Below, piece after piece: positions 1 through 16,278 of a DNA stretch of 64,000 bases. The stretch lies in NCBI GenBank assembly GCA_951406725.2, contig OX597827.1, positions 46,934,001 through 46,998,000 on the forward strand. The letters run 5' to 3'. Position numbers and translations under genes: made by a program. Source of the stretch: Octopus vulgaris. Its lineage: Eukaryota. The notes under the pieces are model-generated. The model made no database searches. It was given only the letters and a program-made list of their open reading frames with translations, and had not been told where the DNA came from. Each line of letters starts with the position of its first letter. Position 1 is the first letter of the stretch.

Positions 1-48
1 TATATTTTTAATACCCGTATATAAATATCTACATTTATTTACATCTAA

Positions 49-116
<68 letters not shown>

Positions 117-327
117 GAATCCATATATTTAAGTAAATAATATCACAAATAAAAATTCCACTCCACCTCCTGGAAAAAAAACGAAGCAAAATCGAAAAGA
201 AAGAGTTATTTATACATTATTTATACATTATAATACAGATATTTTATTCAATACAACTTTGATATTTTCCCGATATAAGATGAAACTATATCTATCTAGA
301 AACCCTGGAAGTGATAAATAAGTTTTA

Positions 328-430
<103 letters not shown>

Positions 431-1092
431 TTAATAATCATTATAATACAACCCACGAACAGTATGATACAAAAAATCAAATATAAAAATGCTAACGAAA
501 ATGGAGGAGGTTGGATCGGAATAAAAAGTTTTTAAAATAATGTGTTAACACTAAAGAAAATTTATATCAATCTTAAAAGGAAAAAAAAAATGAAAAAAGA
601 AAAATACAATGATTAAAATTTCATCCATGTTTGACTTTCAGCTGAAGTCGTTTATAAATTTACAAAAGTTCAAAAATAAGTTTCGTTACTTTCATTCTTT
701 GTTCTTTTATTCGGTATTTACGACCAGTCTGAAAATATATTTCCACTATTTCTTAAAGAACAAACACAAGAAATATATAAGACAAATCATTAAAAAAAAA
801 AAAAATCAGGTGTATACTTTTTTTTGTTCTGAACAAGAGACACCATGTACCTTGTACGTAACAAAAGAGACGAATCTTTAAAGAAATTAAACAACAATTT
901 TTTTTTCTGTCGTGCTTTCTGTTAGTTTGTTTGTGTCTCTTGTGATATCTCCTCCCCTCCACGCTGTTTTTGCTTCTTCTTTGTATTTTAAAATTGTTTC
1001 CAAAATTAAATTCTTGCCGAACAAACTTGTTTTATTCACCCAACAGATTAAATTGAATAATGATGTTGTGCTCATACGAAAATAGAACTTTC

Positions 1093-1262
1093 ATGTATGT
1101 ATGTATGTATGTATGTATGTATGTATGTATGTATGTATGTATGTATGTATGTATGTATGTATGTATGTATGTATGTGAATGTATACAGTATGTCAATATG
1201 TATGAATGTGTGTATATATATATATATTTATATATATATATATATATATATTTGTGCGTATG

Positions 1263-1310
<48 letters not shown>

Positions 1311-1398
1311 AGTGCATATGTAAGTGGGTGTGTATATATATGTATATGTATGAATACATAGATATACATAATATACACGAACATATATACAGACAAAG

Positions 1399-1455
<57 letters not shown>

Positions 1456-1470
1456 ATATATATATATATG

Positions 1471-1540
<70 letters not shown>
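1093..1540. repeat. Representative compound microsatellite (ATGT)n/(TA)n/(TG)n; dozens of similar (TA), (CA), (GA), (TAA), (TATC) and (TACA) tracts occur window-wide
   Basis: Direct inspection. Confidence 0.95.
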
Positions 1541-1542
<2 letters not shown>

Positions 1543-2052
1543 TACATATGCTTGTGTAAAATTTTATTTGCCCGCAACATCGTATTTGTATAAATTCAGG
1601 CATTTTAGTTTTTTGTATCTTTTGGTAAAATATAACGTTTGATATAAGTTTGATGTATTCCATTGAAATTTTATTTTTGAAATTTCTTTGGTGTAATTTT
1701 GTATTCCTTATCTTAAAACTTTCTTATTGTCCCTACCCAACGAAAATATACTCTTTCAACTTTCTTTATGATATGAAATTGAAAGAAACTGGAAAAAATA
1801 TAAGACTGAAATAAAAAAAAAAAATCATTCAAAATAAAACAATCTTACTAAAATTACAGATTAACAGATAAATAATTACGCCTTCATACATACATACATA
1901 CATACATACATACATACATACATACATACATACATACATACATACATACATACATACATACATACATGCATGCATGCATGCATACATACATACATACATA
2001 CATACATTACATACATATACATATAAATAAATATATATATATATATATATGT

Positions 2053-2231
2053 GGGAGAATTCACAAAAAAAGCAAAACAAAAGACGAAGACAGGTGGTGT
2101 AGACAATAAACAGATATATTAATATAACGCTCAGGAAGTGAAAAAGTCTTTAACGTTTTGAGCCTACGCTCTTCCACAGAAAGGAACACAGAAAGAAACA
2201 AGGAGAGAAAATAAAGAATGTGTAGTAGCTA
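2053..2231 (-). mobile_element. Dispersed repeat family C, copy 1 (putative Penelope-like pseudo-LTR with atypical hammerhead-like motif)
   Basis: Direct repeat of 2474-2650; further copies at ~20232-20385, ~41690-41860 and ~62150-62310; abuts (TA)n. Confidence 0.6.
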
Positions 2232-2473
2232 AGAAAAAGCAGAAAGTACAAACAAATGTTTAGAAAGTATAAAAAAAGTTACGTAAAGTTCAAAAGCTTT
2301 AGACGTCGTTGTGTATTGGACCGATTTTTCATCAACAGAGGAGTCCAGTGTAATCCATAGGTAGGAGAGTTACAGCTGAAGAGTAGAAAGTCCAGTAGAG
2401 AATCCATAGAAGTTCGTGGGTGATGAGAGAAGACAGGATCAACTTGTGCGACCACGTGAGCGTGTAATATTTG

Positions 2474-2650
2474 GGGAGAATTTACAAAAAAAACAAAAGA
2501 CGAAGACAGGTGGTGTTGACAACAAACAGATGTATTTGTATAATGCTCGGGAAGTGAAAAAGTCTTTAACGTTTCGAGCCTACGCTCTTTCACAGAAAAG
2601 AACACAGAAAGAAACAGGGAGAGAAAATAAAGAATGTGTAGTGGCTGAGA
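2474..2650 (-). mobile_element. Dispersed repeat family C, copy 2
   Basis: Minus strand reads TTTT CTGTGAAA GAGC GTAG GCTC GAAA CG TT AAAG at 2564-2599; highly similar to 2053-2231. Confidence 0.6.
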
Positions 2651-2684
2651 GAAAGAAAGAGAGGAATGATTCAAATAAACAGAT

Positions 2685-3100
2685 CTAAGCCTTGGGTTTT
2701 AATGTGCAAAATAGCAAAGGTTTTTGCCACTTCATTTGAATCATTGTCTTCATATTCGCTTCCTTGGATTCCCCTTACAATTACTCTTTTCCCTGCTGGT
2801 TTGGCCCTCAGTAAAGATATCGAAGTTTAAGTTCAAACTATTTGAACTCTGCTAAGTGTGTTTTATATGGAGATTCTTTCGATCTAATCTGTTTAATTCT
2901 GTCTTTCCTCCCCCATATTACAGATGTAAACCCACCTTATCCCATCCCTCCAATACCTGTCCAAATACCGGAGTAGTAGACGACCTACAAACGATCCCCT
3001 TACCAGATAACCCCGAATCCTATATACACCACAACCCACCAAAACAGACACCAGCATATACCTCCCCAACCTTATTTCTGCCCAGGTAAAACCCCAAATC
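2685..3100 (-). pseudogene. Possible decayed GIY-YIG endonuclease end of a Penelope-like element
   Basis: Minus-strand frames give GVYRI-x8-FVG-x6-L-x-R, then a disrupted W...TLKP(K/G)L stretch, directly upstream of family C repeats; contains stops and frameshifts. Confidence 0.35.
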
Positions 3101-3266
3101 GGATTAAATGAACTAGAACCCGGGACGTTATCTAGTTCTACCCTCTTCGACCATAACGTCCTAACTCGAGTACTCAAACTCTTTTTCGTCCTACTCGAAA
3201 AAAATTTCCTTAAATCTAGCCCCGTTTAAAAAATATTTAACCCCCAATCTATAAAATTATCCTACT

Positions 3267-3990
3267 CTACCCTACCACCAGCACCAGCACCAGCACCACC
3301 AGCAACACCACCATCAGCAGCAGCATCACCACAATCACCACCACCACAACCACCACCACCACAACCACCACAACCACCACCTCCACCACCACCACCTCCA
3401 CCACGACGACCACCACCACCACCTCCACGACCACGACCACTACCACGACAACGACGACGTCGTCACCACCACCACTACCACCAATATTGTTGCGACGGCA
3501 ACAATAAAGCAAATAGCGCTATAATAACCCACACCACCGCCACCACCACTGTCGCCGCCATCAGCACTAACGCCACCACCTCCACTATCACCGTCACCAA
3601 AAATAGCAAATAGCAACAAGAAAACAACACCAATCACTAACATAGCAACAACAACGACAGCGACGGCCACCACCACCCCCGTCAATAACAACAGCAGCAA
3701 CAAAGGCAATCGCGTCAATCATTACCAGCATAGCAACAGCGCCACCAACATCTTCAACATCAGACCTCCCCCACCATCACTAATATCACTGCATTTCCCC
3801 TTCACAACCACAAAGCAGAAACCATTACCCAAACAACAAACAAGAAAGACAGTACCACCAATCATGATTATCACCATAGCAACAACAACATCGACAGTCA
3901 CCCAAAACAACCACCACACTAATTAACCCCCAATAACAACATCACAGCTACAACAATCGGCGACAACAACAACAATAACGGCAATAATTA
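3267..3990. repeat. Degenerate (CAC/CAA/CAG)n low-complexity tract
   Basis: Visible trinucleotide periodicity. Confidence 0.85.
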
Positions 3991-4244
3991 TTACACTGAT
4001 AAATGAGTATGTGATTAATCGAACATGTTAAAGCTGACGTCTTATGAGACGGGATGAAAGTTTAAGAAAACCAAACAAAAACGATGACTCAATGACAGAA
4101 ATAAGCTAATAGGTATTAATGTAGTAGTTGTGCCAGTTAATAAAATAGAGATCTAATCTAATCAATTGGAAGTGGAACGAAGTGAAGAGCTTGGGAGACC
4201 GGAAAACTACTCAATCCATTCTGGACGCTTCATTCAAATAATAA

Positions 4245-4542
<298 letters not shown>

Positions 4543-4744
4543 CTTAATTGATTGGAAGTGTTATGTACATTGTTTTGTCTTGGTATAAAAGATGGGTTAC
4601 AGCAAATACTCTGCTCAATACCACAGATTTTCTTGTCACTTAGGATTCTACTATTATTTACCTCAAGGCCCTTTAATGCAGGACATCAAAACATTATACA
4701 AAGGGATCAGAAAATGTATGAAGATAAATAAGCAAAGTTTTTTT

Positions 4745-4834
<90 letters not shown>

Positions 4835-4855
4835 AATCATTCAATCAATCAATCA

Positions 4856-4981
<126 letters not shown>

Positions 4982-5825
4982 TTGTATTGTTGTGGACAGT
5001 AAGGAATCATGGGAATGATGTGGTTAGTAATGTAACGTGTTCAGTGGTTAACTTCAGGTTTCTTTTAAATTACGTAGCACGGATGCAGTATCAGAAGGAA
5101 GACGAGGCCCAGAAGGTTTTGAAACTTCATCGAACTTTTAATGCTGTTTTGCAAACTAAGCATAAAATATCGATGATGAACAATCAGTAATAAAAGAAAG
5201 GGGGAAAAAACCTCAAAATTAGTCGCGACTTCAAAGCTTACACACACAAACACATACATGCACGCATGCACATACGCAAACATATCCGTCGAATGGAAGA
5301 CATATGCACTTGTAAGCATGACATTATGCTATCGATGTTAAGAACCATAGACCCTAACAACCAGGCTCTGATATAAACGAAATCTATGATAAATAAATAC
5401 AGTAGAGATGAAACGTATTCATTATAACGATTTGAGATAATAACCGAATACCATTAATACATTGTACGTATTTACGCGAATGGTGAAAGAAAACTGGTCT
5501 TTTAAAGATGTGTTAGTATTCATTTCGATAGCGAGTTTCATATAGAAAGTCTGTATGAAATATTTAACATTGGCAGTGATTGATGCAAAAATGGTTGCCC
5601 TTATTGATTCTAACTGACTGTATGAACATACCCAGCTCTTTCTCACGTTTGGATTATAGTCGAGAGGTCATCCATGAACATTAAATGGTTGAGTCGTTTA
5701 TTAGGTTTGTGTAGATGCTGCATTAGTTTTTACACTTTCATAACATACGCACTCACACGTATTTACATACATCTACATAAATACATACACGTATATACAT
5801 ACATACATTCATATATATATATATA

Positions 5826-5901
<76 letters not shown>

Positions 5902-6804
5902 TATTAAGATATTAAAGCGAATAATATAATATGAACTGTGAATAATGAATATACTTTGGAAAAATATCAAATGTTCTACACAATTTTAACTATGAAACCC
6001 TTGGCAATGGTTGTATGAAATCATCAGATTTGCAAAGGAAGGAATATTTGTTGTTATTATTGTTGTTGTTGTTGTTCTTGTTGTTGCCGTTGCTGTTATT
6101 ACTTTTGCTGTTGTTGCTGGTGGTGGTGTTGGTGTTGCTCTTGCTGTGGTTATTCAACATCAGGTCAAATTTTATAGAACAAAACTATGATCAAACGAAT
6201 TACATTTGCGATCATCTCGTACCTCACTGAGACAAAGTGTGTGTTTACTACTACGTTATTAAACCTGTTATTCTTTTGTAAAGAAATCACGGTGTGATTT
6301 GAAGTAGTGTTGGCTGCTATAACAAACGAACTGAATGAACATTTAGGAGCTCCTTGCTTGGGTCCTGAAATTCAATTTAAAAATCAAAGGTATAATTCTA
6401 AAGAAAAAAAATAATGAGTATGACGCAATCATACATGTACACACATCTACTTATGTATTGTATGTAATCTTTATATACAATCATTGAAGACCCGTGTACA
6501 ATCATTGAAGAACTGTAAGTAGCAATTTATAGTAATCTGGGGTTAAAGATCGATCCGTTTTGATAGGTTTCCGATGGATTATAGTTTAAGTAGCTCCATA
6601 CGCTGCTAAAACTTGTTCCTTTAACGTAATCTTCAAGCAGATTTTGTGTGGATGAAAAACTGACCATTCTTATTACCGGTACAAACCATCTCCTATAATG
6701 TATGCGGCTGAGAATTCCCACAGATACTTGTACACTTACTGTAAACCTAAAGCAGACCAAACATTGTATTACAAGACTAATACCACGCAACAACAGCAAC
6801 AATA

Positions 6805-7252
6805 TTGGTTTCAAATTTTGCTACAAGGGCAGCAGTTTTGGGGGAGGGGATGAGTCGTTTACACCGACCCCTGTGTTCAACTGGTACTTATCTTATGGAT
6901 GAAAGGATGAAAGGTAAAGTTGACCTCGGGGGCATTTCGTCCAGCGTGCTAACGATTCTTTTCTACTCTAGGTAAAAAGCCTGGGATTTTTGGGGAGGGG
7001 ATCAGTCGATTAGATCGACACCAGTACGCAACGGGTACTAAATTTATCGATCCCGGAAGGATGAAAGGCAAAGTCGACCTCGGCGGAATTTGAACTCAGA
7101 ACATAAAGACAGACGAAATACCTATTTATTTACTAACCGCAAGGGGCTAAACACAAAGAGGACAAATAAGGACACTTATAAACGTAGCGGTAGATGAAAT
7201 ACCACTAAGCATTTCGCCCGGCGTGCTAACGATTCTGCCAGCTCGCCGCCTT
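6805..7252 (-). mobile_element. SINE family A composite (nested/dimeric copies)
   Basis: Several family A bodies; flanked by direct repeat CAACAACAGCAACAATA (~6788-6804 and ~7254-7270). Confidence 0.8.
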
Positions 7253-7347
7253 ACCAACAACAGCAACAATAATAACAGTAACATCATCAACAACAAATAT
7301 TCTTTCCTTCGCAAATCTGATGATTTCATACAACCACTGCCAAGGGT

Positions 7348-7475
7348 AAGGCGGCGAGCTGGCAGAAACGTTAGCAGGCCAGAGAAAATGCTTAGTGGTA
7401 TTTCATCTGTTTTTACGTTCTGAGTTCCAATTCTACCGAGGTCGACTTTGCCTTTCATTTGTCGGGGTCGATAAA
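7348..7475 (+). mobile_element. SINE family A, 3'-truncated
   Basis: AAGGCGGCGAGCTGGCAGAAACGTTAGC head, GAGTTCCAATTC B-box variant, GTCGACTTTGCCTTTCAT central domain. Confidence 0.8.
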
Positions 7476-8149
7476 ACAAAAAACTCGTTCCATAATGCAA
7501 ATTTCTCGCTGGATTAATTATTCATTTCTCTTTTTGTCTTCTGCAATTTTATTTTTGGATCTTCTATGTATATGAAGAATTTTCCTTCGTCTGGCTGCTT
7601 TTCTCTCTACAAAACGGAAAGTTGCATTATGGAACAGCCATTTTAACGAGATTTTTTTTAAATTTATCACCTGACGAGATACGTCTGCACCACCGTATAC
7701 TCCTGAACCAGTTTTTTGTGTGTCACACGAAAGGAGTCGATGCTAGATGTGTTGAAACAATTGTTGTGATTAACAATATATTCTCGTATATTCCATATGT
7801 CTTTCATTTGTTTGTATATATATATACATATATATACATATATATGCACATATATATACTGTGCCATATATTTTCATAGATGCTTCTACACATCATAAAT
7901 GAGATTGCACCTGTTATTGCGAAATGAATTGAGCCTGGCCGAAGCTAATTGAAAAACCCAATAAATATTCAGCGTTATTAAAAGTGCTTCATAGCATTTT
8001 AAAACCTATTATTTTAAAGACTTTCTAAAAAATGTATATATTAATTGCGATTACAATATTTTTCTTAATATTAGTTACTGAGATTGTCCCCGATCTAATT
8101 TGCAAAAAAAAAAACCGTTCTACTACACTATAATTTTGATTTATATACA

Positions 8150-8196
<47 letters not shown>

Positions 8197-8229
8197 TATA
8201 TATATAATTATATACATATATTATTATAT

Positions 8230-8264
<35 letters not shown>

Positions 8265-8476
8265 GTATGTAAATATATATATGCATATATGTGTGTGTGT
8301 GTGTATGTTTGTGTGTGAGTGTACGTGGATATAAATACATCATGTATGTATATACATACATGTGGTTATATATGCCTACACACACACACACACACACATA
8401 TATGCACACACATGTTTTATGATGTTGTTCCTGTACACGATACTAATGAGATGAGATGAGATGAACTCATATCAAC

Positions 8477-8544
<68 letters not shown>

Positions 8545-9103
8545 TGAAACATCTAAAACCATAATAACAACGGTGACAATAACACCAACAATAATGATAA
8601 GAAAAATGAAGAGGAATAAACAAAATATTAACAAACCAACAGACCAACAAAACAACCAACCAACCAACCAACCAACCAATCAAACAAACAAACACAAAAG
8701 AAAAAAAGCTGGAGGAAGGAAACACCTTGCTAACTACATCATCTAAATTACAAAGTGCATCATTACCAAAAGCCGAATTGGGATATCAACTGAAGGATCG
8801 GTTGATGATGAGAGGAAGGGAAGGAGGGCAGTGAGAGGAGATATTTGGACAACTTAGATTCTTGGTTTGCTAATTGGCATCAGATAAATTATACAAGTGC
8901 TATTCGGTACTACTACTAGAGAATGTTCTATGATTGTACGGGAGTTTTGTTTACGTGTGTAAATTTAATGAAACGGTTGCAGATAAGACGCTGTATAACA
9001 CGTGATTAATCTACATTTTGGTTTCTCTCTCTCCATTCATGCGTACTGACGATGTCGTATAGTTTCATACTTACGCAAACATAGACCCATGCACAAATGC
9101 AAA

Positions 9104-9166
<63 letters not shown>

Positions 9167-9390
9167 TCACATATATCTACAAGGTGCAGAGAAATATCAC
9201 ATTGTCTTTAAGTTATTACTATTTGGTAGTTAGTCTATAAAGTACACAGTTGTACAGCCGGATCCTGTATATACGTGGATATATATATATATATATATAT
9301 ACATATATACCGATACACATACGCACGCACATTCACTTTATATACATGTATATACATACATTCATACATGCATACATACATACATATACA

Positions 9391-9455
<65 letters not shown>

Positions 9456-9463
9456 ACATATAT

Positions 9464-10200
9464 ATAAGGTTGTCTCACATGAAATGTATTTTAAATGGCT
9501 TTCTTATGAGTCATCTATAAATGGATTATTAATGAGTTTCTACGTATATGCTTGTGTTTATTCTTAACTCTTTTTCTTTCGAGACAATACTATTATTGTA
9601 AATTGCTATTCACAGCTCTTATGACAATGTTGACAACTGAACAATACCGAGTGATTTTCTTGTACGAATACAAGTTGGGTCACGCTGCTACCGAAGCTCT
9701 ACGAAACATCAAGTGGGCTTTTAGTAACGGTTCTGTTGACGTTAGAACTGTTCAGAGATGGTCCCAAAGATTTCGTTCAGGAAATGAAAGCCTTAAAAAT
9801 GAACCAAGAGCGTGACCATAATCAGTTATGCGGCATGATGAATTGAATGCTTTGAGTAAACGAAATCCGAGAATGACGGTTCGAAAATCGGCGGATCAGA
9901 GCTCCAGACATCTTCCGCAACTGCTTATCGACACTTGAAGAAAATTGGAAGAGTCAAAAAGATGGATATGTTGGTTCTCCATCAACTTAATGAGATTCAA
10001 AGAAATAGACACCTTACAGTGTGTTCCATATTGATTTCTCGGTTGGAAAGAGAACTATTTTTGTATCGACTCATTATGAGTGATGAGAAATAAATACACT
10101 TTGATAACAGCAGGAGGACAGGACAGTGGTTAGATGCAGGAGAGTCACCAAAACACTACCCAAAGCAACCATCGCACCCAAGATGCGGTTGGCATCAACC
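9464..10200 (+). mobile_element. Decayed mariner transposon, 5' half (transposase pseudogene)
   Basis: FLYEYKLGHAATEALRNI...RTVQRW..RFRSG HTH region; degraded WVPHEL linker (MLVLHQL) and DEK* first catalytic motif; TA+TAAGGTTGTC putative TIR start. Confidence 0.9.
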
Positions 10201-11297
10201 CAAGATGCGGTGCATCTGATGAAATGATACTAGATGCGAAACTCAAAGGACCTGAGTGAGCCATTTATTTTATAAAACCTGAGATATTGTCCCTTTGAGA
10301 AGTAAAAGCGGTTAAGTATACAACTCAAGTTGACAACATGTCAGTTACTTTCACTTTCGTTGCATCAACTAAGACAGATGACTTTACATCTTATATAGGG
10401 TCGTGTGATAAAAAAAAAATGCCTCTTGAATACGTTCTGTGATCAGAATATATAAATTCTTTATAGACTTAGTTGTTGACTTTTAATGTGGTTTTTAACG
10501 AAGGTGGCCCTACACGACCCCAACGAACCGAGAATAGTTGGATAAGCACAAGTTAAACCACAGATGTTTTCAATTTCGCACTGAATACTATGTTGTGGTT
10601 CCTTCATTAGCTGATCCAACTGTTTATGTCGGGAGAGGGCATTTTGCTAAAGTTAAGCATAAGACAGTAGAAAAATAGTCTATTGAAATGACATCTGCCA
10701 AAAGCGTTCACAAGCAGTAATTACATCAACCTCACCATGAGCAGCTATAACAACAACAACAACAACAGAAATGACAGCAGCAACGGCAGCAGGAAAGACA
10801 GTAGCGGCGGCAACAGAAGCAGCAGCGACAGCACTAACAACCTCATAAATTAGGTTTGCTCGTGCAGAACTGGAGGCTACAAAAATGCAACATACATTCC
10901 CCAAATACAGAATAGCGAGAAAATATTACAAAATATAAAATTTAGATGTTGTCAATAATGTTGTTCAGTTGCACGTAGGCTTTGAATGAAGAACAAATCT
11001 TAAGATCAAAAGCGTTCCAGCTGTGATCATCCTACCATCATTTCAGATATCGTAGCATGACTATGTTAATAAACGTATCCTATCTAATTATGTTTTATAT
11101 TAGATAGGATTATGTTTTATATTCGAGGAGTGAGGTTTTACTGGTATTTCTAGTAGATTCAGTGAGACTGTAAATGCCTCCATCGTTGGCTTGTAACCAT
11201 TGGTAAATATCATACGTAGGTTGATATTAATATATTTAATACATGGAGAAATAAAAAGGAAGGTGACTATTGTAGAAATAGTGATGGAGTGACACAT

Positions 11298-11610
11298 ACC
11301 TTTTCTACTCTAGGCACGAGGCCTGACATTTTTGGGGAGGAGACCAGTCGATTAGATCGACCCCAGTACGCAACTGGTACTTAATTTATTGACCCTGAAA
11401 GGATGAAAGGCAAAGACGACCTCGGCGGAATTTGAACTCAGAACGTAACGACAGACGAAATACCTATTTCTTTACTACCTACAAGGGGCTAAACGCAGAG
11501 GAGACAAACAAGAAAAGACAAACAGATTAAGCCGATTATATCGACCCCAGTGAGTAACTGGAACTTATTTAATCGACCCCGAAAGGATGAAAGGCAAAGT
11601 CGACCTTTGT
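11298..11610 (-). mobile_element. SINE family A dimer
   Basis: Two family A bodies carrying the two alternative tails. Confidence 0.85.
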
Positions 11611-11614
11611 CGAA

Positions 11615-11838
11615 TCGCTAGGCTACGGGGACATAAACAAACCCAAACCGGTTCGTGGGGACAAATAGAAAGGTATACATACATACATATACGACAGACT
11701 TCTTCCAGTTTCCGTCTATCAAATCCACTGTGAAAGTTTTGGCGGCCCGAGACTATAGGAGTGATTGGCTCAATTGCGCCGTAGGACTGAACCCCGAACC
11801 ATGTGTTTGGGAAGCAAACTTCTTACCACACAGCCACG
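11615..11838 (-). mobile_element. tRNA-derived SINE family B
   Basis: Minus strand begins GTGGCTGTGTGGTAAGAAG...GGTTCAGTCC (A/B boxes). Confidence 0.75.
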
Positions 11839-12007
11839 TATATATCTATATATAATGATCGAATAATTTAAGATCTATCGTTGAAACGGACGTAGATCAA
11901 TGTCCTTTATATTCGATTTCAATTTATGGAGAGACAGATAGCTAAGTTAGTGTTAATATATTTACTGCATATGACATTGGACATCTACATAGACGTAAAT
12001 ATATCTT

Positions 12008-12380
12008 TTCCTTTTTACTTGTTTCTGTTATTGAACATTGGCCATGCTGGGGCAGTAACTGGAAGGGTTTAGTCGAACAAATCAACTTCAACATCTATGT
12101 TCTTTAAAAGACTGGTCTATTTCTCTTTTTCCTTTTTAAGGAATCGTTAATTAACGGAGACGTAAACAGACTAACATTAGTTTTCAAGTGGTGATGGGGG
12201 GAAAACAGCCCGACACAACCACATACAGACATACACACACAGAGCTTCTGTTTACCGAAATGACGCATAAAGTTTTGGTTGGTCCGGGCTGGTAACAAAA
12301 GACACTCAGTCAAGGTGTCACGTAGCCGGATTGAACCCGAAGCCAAGTGGTGGCAAATCAAGCTTCTTAACCATACAGCA
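12008..12380 (-). mobile_element. SINE family B, diverged
   Basis: TTTTACTTGTTTC...GGCCATGCTGG tail and tRNA-like head. Confidence 0.7.
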
Positions 12381-12763
12381 ATATCTATGGTAAGAAACAA
12401 AAAAAAAAAAAAGGACAAAGAAAATCAAGAAAGAAAAATCAACATTAATAGAACTTTTCATATTCTTTCCATTTTTCACAGCATGCACGAGAGAAAAAGT
12501 TGGAAAGTTTCAGTTTGTACGCCTGAAGCTATCACTGAGAAAAACACGGATAATTTACCACTTATAAAACTATTTTGATGAATTTTAATTAGGAAATTCA
12601 TCCATTCATATAACTAATTATGATTTATAATATTGGTATATTACCGGCTAAGTATCAGGTCAAGTGTTAGCTTAATTGAATTGATTGCAAGCTTTATGAG
12701 CACGTGTGGCCTTGGGCTAAAGCTAGTAATCAATGTTTGAACAATATGGATAAACATTTAAGA

Positions 12764-12820
<57 letters not shown>

Positions 12821-13036
12821 GTATACGCGCATATGCCAACACGCTCACGGACTCAAGACATTTAACGAGATCGTTTCATCGATGAAATGCAATTTATAGA
12901 TTTTAATATGAATACATATTGATGCTATAATCAAGAATGTGTGTGTGTATGTGTGTATGTGTCTGTTTGTGTGTGTGTGTGCGTTAGTGTGTGTGTGTTT
13001 GAGTTTGCTTATATGTGTACAGGTATATGCGTTCAT

Positions 13037-13780
<744 letters not shown>

Positions 13781-13782
13781 TA

Positions 13783-13815
<33 letters not shown>

Positions 13816-13817
13816 GC

Positions 13818-14273
13818 AAAAATACCCCGTTGTTGATGTTGAAATTCCAATGAAGGAGCCTTGGATCTAGGTTAGAAACTGGTTCTTTCTCTATTAGCCA
13901 GAAATCTGGAAATAAACAATAATGACATACATACATACATACATACATACATACATACATACATACATACATACATACATACATACATACATACATGCAT
14001 ACATGCATACATAGAAATCCGGTTGTTGATGTTGAAATTCCAATGAAGGGGCCTTGAATCTAGGTTAGAAACCGGTTCTTTCTCAATTGGCCAAAAATCT
14101 TGAAATAAAATGAATAATGACATACATACATATATACATATAAACATACATACATACATACAAAAATACCCTGTTGTTGATGTTGAAATTCCAATGAAGG
14201 AGCCTTGGGTCTAGGTTAGAAACTGGTTCTTTCTCTATTAGCCAGAAATGTTGAAATAAACTGAATAGTGACA
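13818..14273 (+). repeat. Three ~110-bp copies of a LINE-like 3' tail, each followed by (ATAC)n
   Basis: GTTGTTGATGTTGAAATTCCAATGAAGG...GAAATAAA...TGACATAC at ~13818, ~14013 and ~14162. Confidence 0.9.
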
Positions 14274-14864
14274 TACATACATATATGCATACTTCTAAAA
14301 CAAAATGTAAATATACACGTAAAGAGAACGTAAAGAGAACGTAAAGAGAACGTAAAGAGAATGTAAAGAGAACGGTTTCGTCACTCTGCGTGAATCTCGG
14401 TCAAGCCCGTCTGACAGCAAATCCGTGCCTGCAGAGTTTATCCCGAACCGGTAGGGCACCTCGGTAGTATTGCCAAGCCAAGGTCATCTGGAAATTATCT
14501 CCGATACAGACTAGCTAGTTCGTTTTCGGTGGGCCCAGAGTCTGCCGGAGAACGTTGTCGTACTTCTCCATTACTAATTCTCTATAAATTTCTACAGTGG
14601 AACATCCACTGATCTCATTGCCCGCCTGGTAGAAGGATGTGAGCGCCTGATGACATCTTAGGTGCCAGGCGCCCAATAATAATAATAATCAATAGTAATA
14701 ATAATAAGAACAACAACAACATAGTTTTGGCTATGTTGCGGTACGGGAAAAGACGAGTTTACATAATTTCATCTTGAAAGTCATTTGAATGTTTGTATGT
14801 TCAACTATGTGAATTAAACAGACACACATTCATACACGTGAACAGATACACTCATACGTATATA

Positions 14865-15908
<1,044 letters not shown>

Positions 15909-16230
15909 CCTACACTGAGATATATATGTATGTGAATATGGGTGTGTGTCTGCGTGCGTGTGTATGATGGGTGTGCTTGATCGCGCGCGTGTATGTGTAT
16001 GTGTTTGAAGCAGCTGTGTGGGAAGCAGCTGTGTTCATATCCTTCGGCGACCCTCCGAGACGTTTAAAATCGGCGTAAATTAACTTTCCTCTTGAATAAT
16101 TTTAAAGTAAACAACTCCGGGGCAAATATATGCTGGGACAGAATTCCAGTGAACCAACATCCTTGAGAAGAAGGAGAGGAACCTGAGGAGGGAGTGCTAT
16201 ATTGTTTGTATGAAAGGAGAAATATTCCAA

Positions 16231-16268
<38 letters not shown>

Positions 16269-16278
16269 GTGGAGAGGG

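Noticed and set aside
1032-1663. Long ORFs rich in YI/MYVC/HT/LSIY (also 17003-17617, 44530-45796, 55247-56433 and others)
   Set aside because: Translations of stop-free microsatellites; no protein signal
14636-14675. CTGATGA inside a hairpin
   Set aside because: No following GAAA; not a hammerhead
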